From positions 1-63,904 of the forward strand of contig CAXMSN010000104.1 in NCBI GenBank assembly GCA_964196275.1: 63,904 nt of DNA. The letters run 5' to 3'. Shown here in pieces: positions 11,739 through 19,591 of this stretch. Both the position numbers and the translations under genes were made by a program. Every line of letters begins with the position of its first letter. Position 1 is the stretch's first letter. The DNA comes from an uncultured Kiloniellales bacterium (GTDB taxonomy: Bacteria > Actinomycetota > Acidimicrobiia > Spongiisociales > UBA5794). Under the pieces are notes generated by a model that was not told the origin of the DNA, ran no database searches, and saw only the letters and a list, made by a program, of their open reading frames with translations.

Positions 11739-12401
11739 TTACCCGCCGATCGCGACGACGATGGCCTCGGCGGCCTCGGGTGCGAGTTGGATCGGTCCGC
11801 CTGCGGTATCGAGGACGATGGACCCATCAGGCGCGGAGGCCATGACGGACACGGTCACACCGCGCGACGCTCCCTGGGACTCGAGAAACGCATCGAACGG
11901 ACTTGCGACATCGACGATCTCCACCGTCATCCCCGCGGCAACCTCGTTGAGCGGGAACGTATCGGATCTCTGGTCGACGGATGGGATCGGCTTCCCTGTC
12001 GGCCCGAAGGCCGGACTCCCGAGGAACTCGGCAAGACGGACGGCGACCGCGTCAGGAGTGATGTGCTCCATCTCACAGGCGACCTCATCTGCATGCTCCG
12101 GAGTCAAACCAAGGTGCTCCGAGAGGAAGAGTCCCCACAGTCTCCGGTTCCGCAGCACGGTGTTTGCCAGCGCGGCGCCACTGTTCGTGAGGGTGACACC
12201 TTTGTACGGCGTGTAATCGACGTGACCCGCCACCTCAAGTTTCTTGATCATCTGGTTCGCAGCGACGGGAGTTACGTCGAGATCCTTTGCGATCCCTGAC
12301 ACCGCGATCGGTGGCGTCGCACCGTCTTCGATCGCTCGGGCGATCGTGATGAGGTACATCTCCTCAGCCTCGGTGGGATGGTGGTGATCGTTGGCGGTCA
12401 T
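11739..12401 (-). CDS. DtxR/MntR-family metal-dependent regulator with C-terminal FeoA-like domain
   Basis: EMYLITI, RNRRLWGLFL, ACEMEH, PTGKPIP. Confidence 0.88.
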   Translation of the reverse strand: MTANDHHHPTEAEEMYLITIARAIEDGATPPIAVSGIAKDLDVTPVAANQMIKKLEVAGHVDYTPYKGVTLTNSGAALANTVLRNRRLWGLFLSEHLGLTPEHADEVACEMEHITPDAVAVRLAEFLGSPAFGPTGKPIPSVDQRSDTFPLNEVAAGMTVEIVDVASPFDAFLESQGASRGVTVSVMASAPDGSIVLDTAGGPIQLAPEAAEAIVVAIGG

Positions 12402-12428
12402 GGGTGGAGGCTAGTTGCGGACGATGGC

Positions 12429-12505
12429 GGAAGTCGGAAGACGGACCACGGACCACGGATCAGAAGTCAGAAGTCAGAAGTCAGAAGTCACAAGTCACAA
12501 GTCAG
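12429..12505. repeat. Heptamer tandem array (11 units, drifting GGAAGTC to GGACCAC to AAGTCAG)
   Basis: ggaagtc ggaagac ggaccac ggaccac ggatcag aagtcag x3 aagtcac x2 aagtcag. Confidence 0.9.
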
Positions 12506-12507
12506 AG

Positions 12508-13500
12508 TCAGGATTCTGCGAGGAGGTCGAGCGGGAACTCGACAGCGTCGGCCTCTTCGAGGGCGAGCGAGACGATCGCTTCGAGGGTCACGCGCTCGAT
12601 CAGGTCGTCGTCGATGTGGAAGGGGCCTGATCGGTCCATGCGGTCTTGTGCGCTGAATGACCATCGTGGGATGTCAATGTCACTCTCGACGCCAAGGAAC
12701 ACTTCCGTGGAACCGAACGTGATGACTCTGGCCGGCAGATCGTTCTCCTCGTTCCATCCTTCTGTCCCGAGGTAGGACACCACGATCTCGACCGTCGCCG
12801 GCGACTCTTCACGGCCGCTCCACGAGACGTATCCCCAGTCGTCGTTGTAGTTCAGGCGCTCGATCACGATCGGTGTTCCATCGGCATCGATCTCGAACGG
12901 CACATCGATAACCTGCTCCTGGGGTGCGTTGTCATCGATCATCACGGTGACGGAAGACTCTTCAGTCATCAGATATGCGGACAGAACGGCTCCGCTAGGG
13001 TCGATAACACCGTCGAAGGCCACTTGGAGTAACGCTGGCGATGCGCTGTCCACCACCTGGCCGACCATCTCATGCAGACCGTTGGGTGAAGTCATTTCCC
13101 ACCGTGCAACCGAAGGGAACGGCTCGGACAACGGATCGACGCCTCCACGCACGGCAACGCCAACGGACACATACGTTCGACCATCGATCTCGTATATGGC
13201 TACGGGTGAGAATGCGACCGTCTCGGAAACTGGGGTAAAACCAGGGGGGAACGAGCTGGAACGTGCGTATACCACCTCGGAACCTGCAACGGTCGTCGTC
13301 GTTTCCGAGGGAGCACTCGCTTCCACATCGGCTACCGGCTCGGGCGAACTTGTCAACACGTAGGCCATGCCGGCGCCGGCGACGACGGCCAGAAGTGGCA
13401 GGAGCCAACGCAACAGACGGACAGTGGCACCTGGCTTCGTTTCATTGTCAACTTCGTAGGGAGAGGCGAGCAGGTGCTTGAAGTCGCGGTCGTCGGTCAT
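12508..13500 (-). CDS. Hypothetical single-pass membrane protein
   Basis: 330 aa from MTDDRDF; TM LLRWLLPLLAVVAGAGMAYVL; acidic extracellular domain; ATGA overlap with upstream gene. Confidence 0.75.
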   Translation of the reverse strand: MTDDRDFKHLLASPYEVDNETKPGATVRLLRWLLPLLAVVAGAGMAYVLTSSPEPVADVEASAPSETTTTVAGSEVVYARSSSFPPGFTPVSETVAFSPVAIYEIDGRTYVSVGVAVRGGVDPLSEPFPSVARWEMTSPNGLHEMVGQVVDSASPALLQVAFDGVIDPSGAVLSAYLMTEESSVTVMIDDNAPQEQVIDVPFEIDADGTPIVIERLNYNDDWGYVSWSGREESPATVEIVVSYLGTEGWNEENDLPARVITFGSTEVFLGVESDIDIPRWSFSAQDRMDRSGPFHIDDDLIERVTLEAIVSLALEEADAVEFPLDLLAES

Positions 13501-14327
13501 CGGATTCCCTCGATGTCGATCTCCACAGATCCGTCGCCCTCGAGCCATGCTGTTCCGACGATCCGAAGAGGGATGTCTGTCGGAAGGTCGTTCCCGACCC
13601 ACGTCAACGTCCAATCGGAGCCGCCTCCTGCGTCGCGAGCGAACGACCTCCACCCATGGCCCTCCCCGATGATGAACATCCAATCGGCCGTCGATGCGAC
13701 GGCTGACGCACCCACCCGGACGATCGACGACTCAGCGTGATGCGATACCTGGATCAGGTTCACTGCGCCCCCAGGGAAAAGCTCGAGGTGTGGCTGCTCA
13801 AGCGACAGGGTGAAGGAAGCATCGATCGGAGCACCGAACAGATATCTACTAATGGTCAAAGCCTCGACAGACTCTTCCGAGAATCCCTCCTCCACGGGGA
13901 ATCGGACGACGTTCACTCCCGGTCCGGGGATAGACCCGTCGATATCTCCATCCCCCGTTTCCAGAACCCATTCCATCGGATAGATCGAAGCGGCGTGTAC
14001 GGGATCGAGCTCCTCACCGAAGGCCGCCGCAAGAGCCGTGGACTGCGCCTGTGGAGCCAGGGACACCGCATCGAAGGTGAAGTCGTAGGAGTCATCGTCA
14101 GCGACGGCCCCAAGAGGAACGATCGCTACCCCTCCGATGATGGTCTCATGAGGCGCTGAGTGGTATTCGATCGTTTCGGCGGATGGCTGTGCGGCATCGG
14201 TCGTCGAAGCAACTGTGGCGGCAGGCGCGGCGACAGGCTCCGGCGCGGGCTGCGACCGGAATCCCAAGACAACGGCGACGCCCGCGACGAAGCCGATCAC
14301 ACTGAACGCGAGCGTTCGCACTGTCAT
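13497..14327 (-). CDS. Hypothetical membrane-anchored protein, possible paralog of downstream gene
   Basis: GGAGG RBS, N-terminal TM, Ala/Pro/Thr linker, acidic domain. Confidence 0.75.
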   Translation of the reverse strand: MTVRTLAFSVIGFVAGVAVVLGFRSQPAPEPVAAPAATVASTTDAAQPSAETIEYHSAPHETIIGGVAIVPLGAVADDDSYDFTFDAVSLAPQAQSTALAAAFGEELDPVHAASIYPMEWVLETGDGDIDGSIPGPGVNVVRFPVEEGFSEESVEALTISRYLFGAPIDASFTLSLEQPHLELFPGGAVNLIQVSHHAESSIVRVGASAVASTADWMFIIGEGHGWRSFARDAGGGSDWTLTWVGNDLPTDIPLRIVGTAWLEGDGSVEIDIEGIR

Positions 14328-14435
14328 TGGGCCTCCGACGACATCACCACTGTAGGAGTAGCCGCCACGTGCGTTCTCCGGCGAGGGACTCTATTTCTAT
14401 CGCCGCAGGGGCCGACGCCCTGATACGGTTGCGTG

Positions 14436-14885
14436 ATGCACGACCTCATTGGAACCTGGCGACTCGTCGACTGGACGGTGACGCTTGGTGATCGCATCGT
14501 CAAACCGTTCAGCGGGAAGTCGACCGGGCTCCTCACATACACAGCAGACGGCCGGATGACCGCGTCGTTGATGAAGATGGGGAGAGCCAGCATCGGTACG
14601 ACGTCGTTTGCGGAGGCCACATCCAGGCAGCGTGCAGCCGCATCAACGGGATACATCTCGTACGCAGGCAGTTATCACATCGATGGTGATCTCGTGCATC
14701 ACCAGGTCGAATTGAGCCTCTTCCCCGACTGGGAGGGCGACATCCAGACCCGTCGCATCGCATGGGTCGATGCCGATGACGGGACCGAACAACTCGAACT
14801 CTCTTACGTGCAGAACGGTGCGAGCCGTGAGGCAACGAACACGCTGCGATGGAGACGCGTTGCGCCGGAAGTTCGCACCCTCTAG
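14436..14885 (+). CDS. Lipocalin-like domain protein
   Basis: LIGTWRLVDW, GLLTYTADGRM, SYAGSY, LRWRR; TACGGT-N6-ATG. Confidence 0.82.
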   Translation: MHDLIGTWRLVDWTVTLGDRIVKPFSGKSTGLLTYTADGRMTASLMKMGRASIGTTSFAEATSRQRAAASTGYISYAGSYHIDGDLVHHQVELSLFPDWEGDIQTRRIAWVDADDGTEQLELSYVQNGASREATNTLRWRRVAPEVRTL

Positions 14886-14947
14886 CGCGAACAGCGCACC
14901 GCCCGTCGCACGCTGCGCGCTTTCGATTCGGTCCACCACCCGCTTCC

Positions 14948-15249
14948 GTCCCACTTTCAAGGGGGACAGAAGCCGAGCGCAGCGAGGCTTCAGGGGGATG
15001 ATGCAGGCCGGTCGCCGTATGGCGATTCCCTCCAACACCCTCCTAATTCGCTCCGCTCATTCGTCCTCCCTCGCAGGGAGGACAGGCGGAGAGGGAACCA
15101 ATCTTTGGTCTACGGTTCACAAATTCAGGTTCAAGAGGACGGAAGCCGAGCGCAGCGAGCCTTCAGGGATAGTGGAGGTCGATCTCCTCGGTGACGGCAT
15201 CCAGCCACTCCGGATTCGCAAGCTCACAGACCCCCTGAAGGGAGGACTG
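14948..15249. repeat. Cluster of REP-like palindromes in alternating orientation between convergent genes
   Basis: gtcccactttcaagggggac + gagcgcagcgag + ggggatg (14948-15000); inverse copy gtcctccc-tcgca-gggaggac (to 15083); partial copies 15131-15170 and about 15228-15249. Confidence 0.8.
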
Positions 15250-15257
15250 GCACTTGG

Positions 15258-15743
15258 CTATGAGATTCTGGCGAAGTCACGGTTGAAGTAGACCAGGGGT
15301 ACAGCAGCTTCGCCCCTCTCCGCTACGACCGTTCCGTAGATCACCCAGTGGTCGCCGATCTCCGTGCGCTCGACCGTCTCACATTCGAACACTTGAAATG
15401 CCTCGGCCAGTATCGGCCCGGCAAACGGGGCCACCGGGTCACTCCACTCGACCGATCCGAACTTGTCGGCACCTCTCATCGCAAACACCATCGCCGTTTC
15501 TTCAGCCCCTTCAGGCATGAAGTTCACGGTGAAGCCATCGGCACCGAGCAGCGGCTCCAACGAGCCTGCGACCTTGTCGATACATATGAGGACGATCGGC
15601 GGGTCCGCTGACACTGAGGTGAACGCTGACACCGTGATGCCGACTGGGCCATCGTCTGACGGTGCGGTCACGACGGTGACCGTCGCTGCCACATTCGCCA
15701 TCAAGTTCTTGAATCGTTCGGGTCCGATCGATGTCCCGCGCAT
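15258..15743 (-). CDS. Flavin reductase family protein
   Basis: VTVVT, GITVSAFTSVSADPP, GDHWVIYG. Confidence 0.88.
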   Translation of the reverse strand: MRGTSIGPERFKNLMANVAATVTVVTAPSDDGPVGITVSAFTSVSADPPIVLICIDKVAGSLEPLLGADGFTVNFMPEGAEETAMVFAMRGADKFGSVEWSDPVAPFAGPILAEAFQVFECETVERTEIGDHWVIYGTVVAERGEAAVPLVYFNRDFARIS

Positions 15744-15770
15744 TGTGTCCCTCGCTGTCGTTTCGATCGC

Positions 15771-15812
15771 AAATCGTACCGTGGCGATCCTCATCGATGG
15801 CGTGCATCGCAT
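15771..15812 (+). repeat. 42-bp imperfect direct repeat, copy 1
   Basis: aaatcgtaccgtggcgatcctcatcgatggcgtgcatcgcat; 35/42 identical to 17319-17360. Confidence 0.75.
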
Positions 15813-15844
15813 TTCCGCGGCGTTCGAAGCCGCTGCCGTGTCGT

Positions 15845-16501
15845 CTACGCGTGTACGACGATCCAGACCGCCACATAGTGGGCCATGTACGCAGCGACCG
15901 TCAGCGCATGGAATACCTCGTGGAACCCGAAGTATTCGGGTGAAGGATTCGGCCGTTTGGTGGCGTACACCACGGCTCCGAGGCTGTAGAGGATTCCGCC
16001 GATCACTATCAGCACGACGGCTGCGATACCAGCGCCATCCACCAGTTCGGGGATGAAGAAGATCGCAACCCAACCAACGACGACGTACAGCGCTGTCGAG
16101 AGCCAACGCGGAGCGGTGACCCAGAACACTCTGAAAACGACACCGGCAAACGCACCGGCCCAGACGATCAATAGGAGGATTCGACCCTCCTTGTCCGGAA
16201 GTGCAAGCACGGCAAACGGCGTATAGGTGCCCGCGATGATCAGATAGATGTTGGCGTGGTCGAGTCTTCGCAGCAGTCCCTCGACGGCGGGTGACCACGA
16301 TCCGCGGTGCAACAGCGCACTGACTCCAAAGAGGATGGACGCAGTGGTGGCGAAGATCGCCGAACTGACACGACTGGCCTGTGATGGAGCGGTTGCGACA
16401 AGAACGATGCCTGCGATGACGGAGACAGGGAACATGACGGCATGCAGCCATCCCCTGAGCTTCGGCTTCACCGCACTGTCTGCGTCTGCCTCGATGTTCA
16501 C
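15845..16501 (-). CDS. PAQR/hemolysin III family membrane protein
   Basis: KPKLRGWLH, RRLDHANIYLIIAGTYTP, FGFHEVFH; TAGCCT-N7-GTG. Confidence 0.88.
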   Translation of the reverse strand: MNIEADADSAVKPKLRGWLHAVMFPVSVIAGIVLVATAPSQASRVSSAIFATTASILFGVSALLHRGSWSPAVEGLLRRLDHANIYLIIAGTYTPFAVLALPDKEGRILLLIVWAGAFAGVVFRVFWVTAPRWLSTALYVVVGWVAIFFIPELVDGAGIAAVVLIVIGGILYSLGAVVYATKRPNPSPEYFGFHEVFHALTVAAYMAHYVAVWIVVHA

Positions 16502-16598
16502 GATGCGGAGGCTACCCGCAGGTTGGGAACCGAGACCTCGCGGCAAGAGTTCCGACGAACCGATGGCGGTACGAACTCCGCGGGGCGAGAATGCACTC

Positions 16599-17243
16599 AT
16601 GGAAGATTCCAACCCCGCAGAGGACGTCGGCAACCTGGTCGAGGGGCTCGCATTCACGGCAGTCCTGAACGACGGCGCTCTCGTTCGCATCCGACCGATC
16701 GCACCCAAGGACAAGGAACGACTGTCCGAGGGTTGGAAGAACCTGTCTGAGCGGTCCCGCTACCTCCGGTTCCTTCATGCAAAGCCCGCGCTCAGCACCA
16801 CGGATCTCGTCTATCTCACTGAGATCGACTACGAGAACCACTTCGCCTGGGCGGCTGAGGCCCTCGATAGCAACGACACCCCTGGCATCGGAATCGCGCG
16901 TTACATCCGAGACCCGACAGACCCCACGGTGGCCGAGGCCGCCCTCGCTGTCGTGGACAGCCGGCAGAGGCAAGGGCTTGGACGCATACTTCTCGAGGCG
17001 CTCGCCGATGCCGCCCGCGACAACGGCATCGAGCGATTCAGGGCGTACGTCTCCCTGTCCAACCTCCAGGTCCTCAGGGCACTGACCGCTGTTGGAGCGA
17101 TACGAGGGCACACCGAGGACGGCATGGTGAGCCTTGACATGCCATTGCCAGCCACCGATTTCGACCAATCGGCGATGTACGCGGCTCTCCGAACAGCTGC
17201 ACTCGACCAAGCGGCCGGCAAGAGTACGGATCTTGGCCTCTAG
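16599..17243 (+). CDS. GNAT family acetyltransferase
   Basis: LNDGALVRIRPI, LSERSRYLRF, AEAALAVVDSRQRQGLG. Confidence 0.85.
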   Translation: MEDSNPAEDVGNLVEGLAFTAVLNDGALVRIRPIAPKDKERLSEGWKNLSERSRYLRFLHAKPALSTTDLVYLTEIDYENHFAWAAEALDSNDTPGIGIARYIRDPTDPTVAEAALAVVDSRQRQGLGRILLEALADAARDNGIERFRAYVSLSNLQVLRALTAVGAIRGHTEDGMVSLDMPLPATDFDQSAMYAALRTAALDQAAGKSTDLGL

Positions 17244-17318
17244 CCAGCCCACGCCTTCGTAGAGAACGACGGTTCGTGGGACCGTGGAGTTTTGCGTTGG
17301 CCGACATCGCGCTGCCAT

Positions 17319-17360
17319 AAATGGCACCGTGACGATCCTCGTCGATGGTGCGCATCGTAT
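17319..17360 (+). repeat. 42-bp imperfect direct repeat, copy 2
   Basis: aaatggcaccgtgacgatcctcgtcgatggtgcgcatcgtat. Confidence 0.75.
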
Positions 17361-17371
17361 GCTCCAGATTC

Positions 17372-18274
17372 ATGGCTACATCATCCGACATGATCGACAT
17401 CGTCGAAGTGGGACCCAGGGACGGGCTCCAGAACGAGTCCGTGGTGCTCAGCACCGGGCAGAAACTCGACCTCATCGACCATCTCATCGGCTCGGGGCTG
17501 AAGCGGATCGAAGCTGTCTCTTTCGCCCACCCGGATCTCGTTCCCCAAATGGCTGATGCTGAGGCTGTGATGGCAGGTGTTCAACGCTCCGACGACGTGT
17601 CGTACATCGGCCTGGTCATGAACGCAAAGGGTTGGCAGCGCGCGGTAGAAGCCGATGTCGATGAGGTGAACATGCCGATGTTCACCACGGACACGTTCAA
17701 CACAAAGAATCAAGGCGCCACGACGCAGGGGTCGCTCTCCGTTCTCGCCGACATAGTCGCTGACGCGGAATCGCTGACTACACCTGTGTCGGCAACGGTC
17801 GGCACCGCATGGGGGTGTCCGTTCGAAGGCGAAGTGTCGGTAGAGCGCCTGCTCGCTGTCGTTGAGAGCGTGATGGAGATCGGGGTTTCCGAGATCGCCC
17901 TAGCCGACACCATCGGAGTGGCCGATCCGTGGTCTGTGACCGAACGCATCGAGGCGGTAAAGATGATCACCGGCGACACCCCCCTGCGTGTCCACTTCCA
18001 CGACACCCGTAACACGGGAATCGCCAACGTGTATGCAGCGATCCAGTCTGGAGTCTCGGTTGTCGACGCATCGGTCGGCGGCATCGGTGGCTGTCCATTC
18101 GCCCCTGCAGCAACGGGAAATATCGCAACTGACGATCTTGTATACATGCTCAACCGGGCCGGGTTCTCTCACGGCGTTTCGCTCTCTGAGCTGATCGGTA
18201 CATCGGCAGAGATGTCCAAAGCCCTTGGGAAGGAAGTACCCGCAATGCTGCCGAAAGCAGGAGATTTTCCATGA
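17372..18274 (+). CDS. hmgL: Hydroxymethylglutaryl-CoA lyase
   Basis: EVGPRDGLQNE, VHFHDT, GGCPFAPAATGN. Confidence 0.9.
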   Translation: MATSSDMIDIVEVGPRDGLQNESVVLSTGQKLDLIDHLIGSGLKRIEAVSFAHPDLVPQMADAEAVMAGVQRSDDVSYIGLVMNAKGWQRAVEADVDEVNMPMFTTDTFNTKNQGATTQGSLSVLADIVADAESLTTPVSATVGTAWGCPFEGEVSVERLLAVVESVMEIGVSEIALADTIGVADPWSVTERIEAVKMITGDTPLRVHFHDTRNTGIANVYAAIQSGVSVVDASVGGIGGCPFAPAATGNIATDDLVYMLNRAGFSHGVSLSELIGTSAEMSKALGKEVPAMLPKAGDFP

Positions 18275-18606
18275 TTCAGAAGACCACAGACAAACGAAGC
18301 GATGCAGGTCCGATGATTCGGCATATCGCGATGTTCACGTTCGTTGATGGTGTCACGGACGACGATGTGCGGGCGATCGATGAAGGTCTAGCCGGACTGC
18401 CTGGCGTGATCGATGCGATCCGTAGCTACTCGTTCGGGCGCGATCTCGGATTCAGCGACACGAATTACGACTACGCAGTCGTCGGTCAATTCGGCTCCCG
18501 GGCCGACCTTGACGTGTACTCGGCTCATCTCGAGCACGTCCGGGTGCTCGAGACCTGCATCAAGCCGGTCCTGAAGGATGTCGTCCGGATCCAGTTCGAG
18601 ATCTAG
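18271..18606 (+). CDS. Dabb family stress-responsive alpha/beta barrel protein
   Basis: IRHIAMFTF, YSFGRDLG, YSAHLEH. Confidence 0.82.
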   Translation: MIQKTTDKRSDAGPMIRHIAMFTFVDGVTDDDVRAIDEGLAGLPGVIDAIRSYSFGRDLGFSDTNYDYAVVGQFGSRADLDVYSAHLEHVRVLETCIKPVLKDVVRIQFEI

Positions 18607-19583
18607 CCCGAGGGAACTGCGCTCCCTTCATCCCCCTGGCTCGCAGACTCGCCCGTCCCCCTGCGGTCGCTGGCGCTCCCTTCATCCCCCTGGCTCGCAG
18701 ACTCGCCCGTCCCCCTTGAAAGGGGGACGGGGACGCTTCGTTTCAGGCCGTCGGTGGTGGGGCCGGCCAAGGGTGGGATCAGGGATACAAGGGCAACGAC
18801 GGTGAGTGCGATGCCCACCGGCGCGATCCTCCACATCGCATCGAAGCCTCCTATCAGTGTTGCCGATGCGAGGATCACGCTGGCTGCCATACGTGACATC
18901 ACCAAACGGGAGTCCTCGACGAGACCTGGTCTGGCATCCGTCTTTGCCGACACGCTCACCCTCGACGCTGCGATCGCACCGACAAGGAGGAACGCCACCG
19001 CGATAGCTGCGGTCTGTGCAGTCACGGTCACCGGGCTGAGCTCACCCGTATACCACCCTCCGATGAAGGCGCCAGCGAGGGTGCCGACGGCCCACCAACG
19101 CAACCGGCCGAACTCAGGGGCGACCTTCAGGGCCACGAATGCGAAGATGGCGATGCTCCAGAACGAGAGTTCGCGTCCGGAGCCGTATCCGATCACCGCC
19201 ATAAGGCCGAGGTCGAACATCGTGAGTGACCTCGCGACCGTCCCCGAGACCATGCGCAGAGCGATGGCGGCGGAAGCGACCAGAAGGATCGATGGAACGA
19301 ACCACAACGCAGCGACGAACGAGGCGATCATCGCCACTGCTGCCGGCCATGGGTGGTCTGGATCGAGCTCTCTCGTGAGTGCCCATGCGATGAACACGGC
19401 AAACGCAGCCGCGACCGCCTCGGCCACGGTCATCGGGTTTCCGACCATCCACTCTTCAGACAGCGCCCGCGCGAGATACAGCGTCAGCGCGATGCCGAAC
19501 CCTGCCACGACGATCTTGTTTGAGGTTCGCCGCATGTTCAGACCGCGTGCGAGGCCTGACATGTGTTTCGCTTGACTCATCAT
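18603..19583 (-). CDS. Hypothetical multi-pass membrane protein whose C-terminus reads through a REP-like repeat
   Basis: Multiple TM helices; tail RGTGESASQGDEGSA x2. Confidence 0.72.
   Translation of the reverse strand: MMSQAKHMSGLARGLNMRRTSNKIVVAGFGIALTLYLARALSEEWMVGNPMTVAEAVAAAFAVFIAWALTRELDPDHPWPAAVAMIASFVAALWFVPSILLVASAAIALRMVSGTVARSLTMFDLGLMAVIGYGSGRELSFWSIAIFAFVALKVAPEFGRLRWWAVGTLAGAFIGGWYTGELSPVTVTAQTAAIAVAFLLVGAIAASRVSVSAKTDARPGLVEDSRLVMSRMAASVILASATLIGGFDAMWRIAPVGIALTVVALVSLIPPLAGPTTDGLKRSVPVPLSRGTGESASQGDEGSASDRRGTGESASQGDEGSAVPSG
18619..18731. repeat. Tandem REP-like copies (44-bp direct repeat, 54-bp period) plus hairpin
   Basis: gcgctcccttcatccccctggctcgcagactcgcccgtccccct at 18619 and 18673; cccgtccccct-tgaa-agggggacggg hairpin. 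Confidence 0.88.
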
Positions 19584-19591
19584 GACCCAAA

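Noticed and set aside
8966-12216. Long + strand ORFs (8966..10240, 10840..12216) and similar ones (18754..19575, 39692..40651, 57803 extension)
   Set aside because: Antisense or out-of-frame shadows of well-supported genes, expected in high-GC DNA; no motifs
12378-12775. + strand ORFs with RSQKSEV/TTDHG repeats
   Set aside because: These are translations of the heptamer array plus antisense of a real gene
14324-14656. 110-aa minus-strand ORF
   Set aside because: Overlaps the lipocalin gene antisense and spans the divergent promoter; no motif
15845-16501. Hemolysin as a virulence factor
   Set aside because: PAQR/hemolysin III proteins are widespread housekeeping membrane proteins
17347-17374. 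GGTGCGCAT as a dif (XerCD) site
   Set aside because: Only the first 9 nt resemble E. coli dif; no TTATGTTAAA-like XerD arm
18619-18731. Direct repeats as a mini CRISPR array
   Set aside because: Two 44-bp units separated by only 10 bp, no cas genes, and the sequence belongs to the dispersed palindrome family
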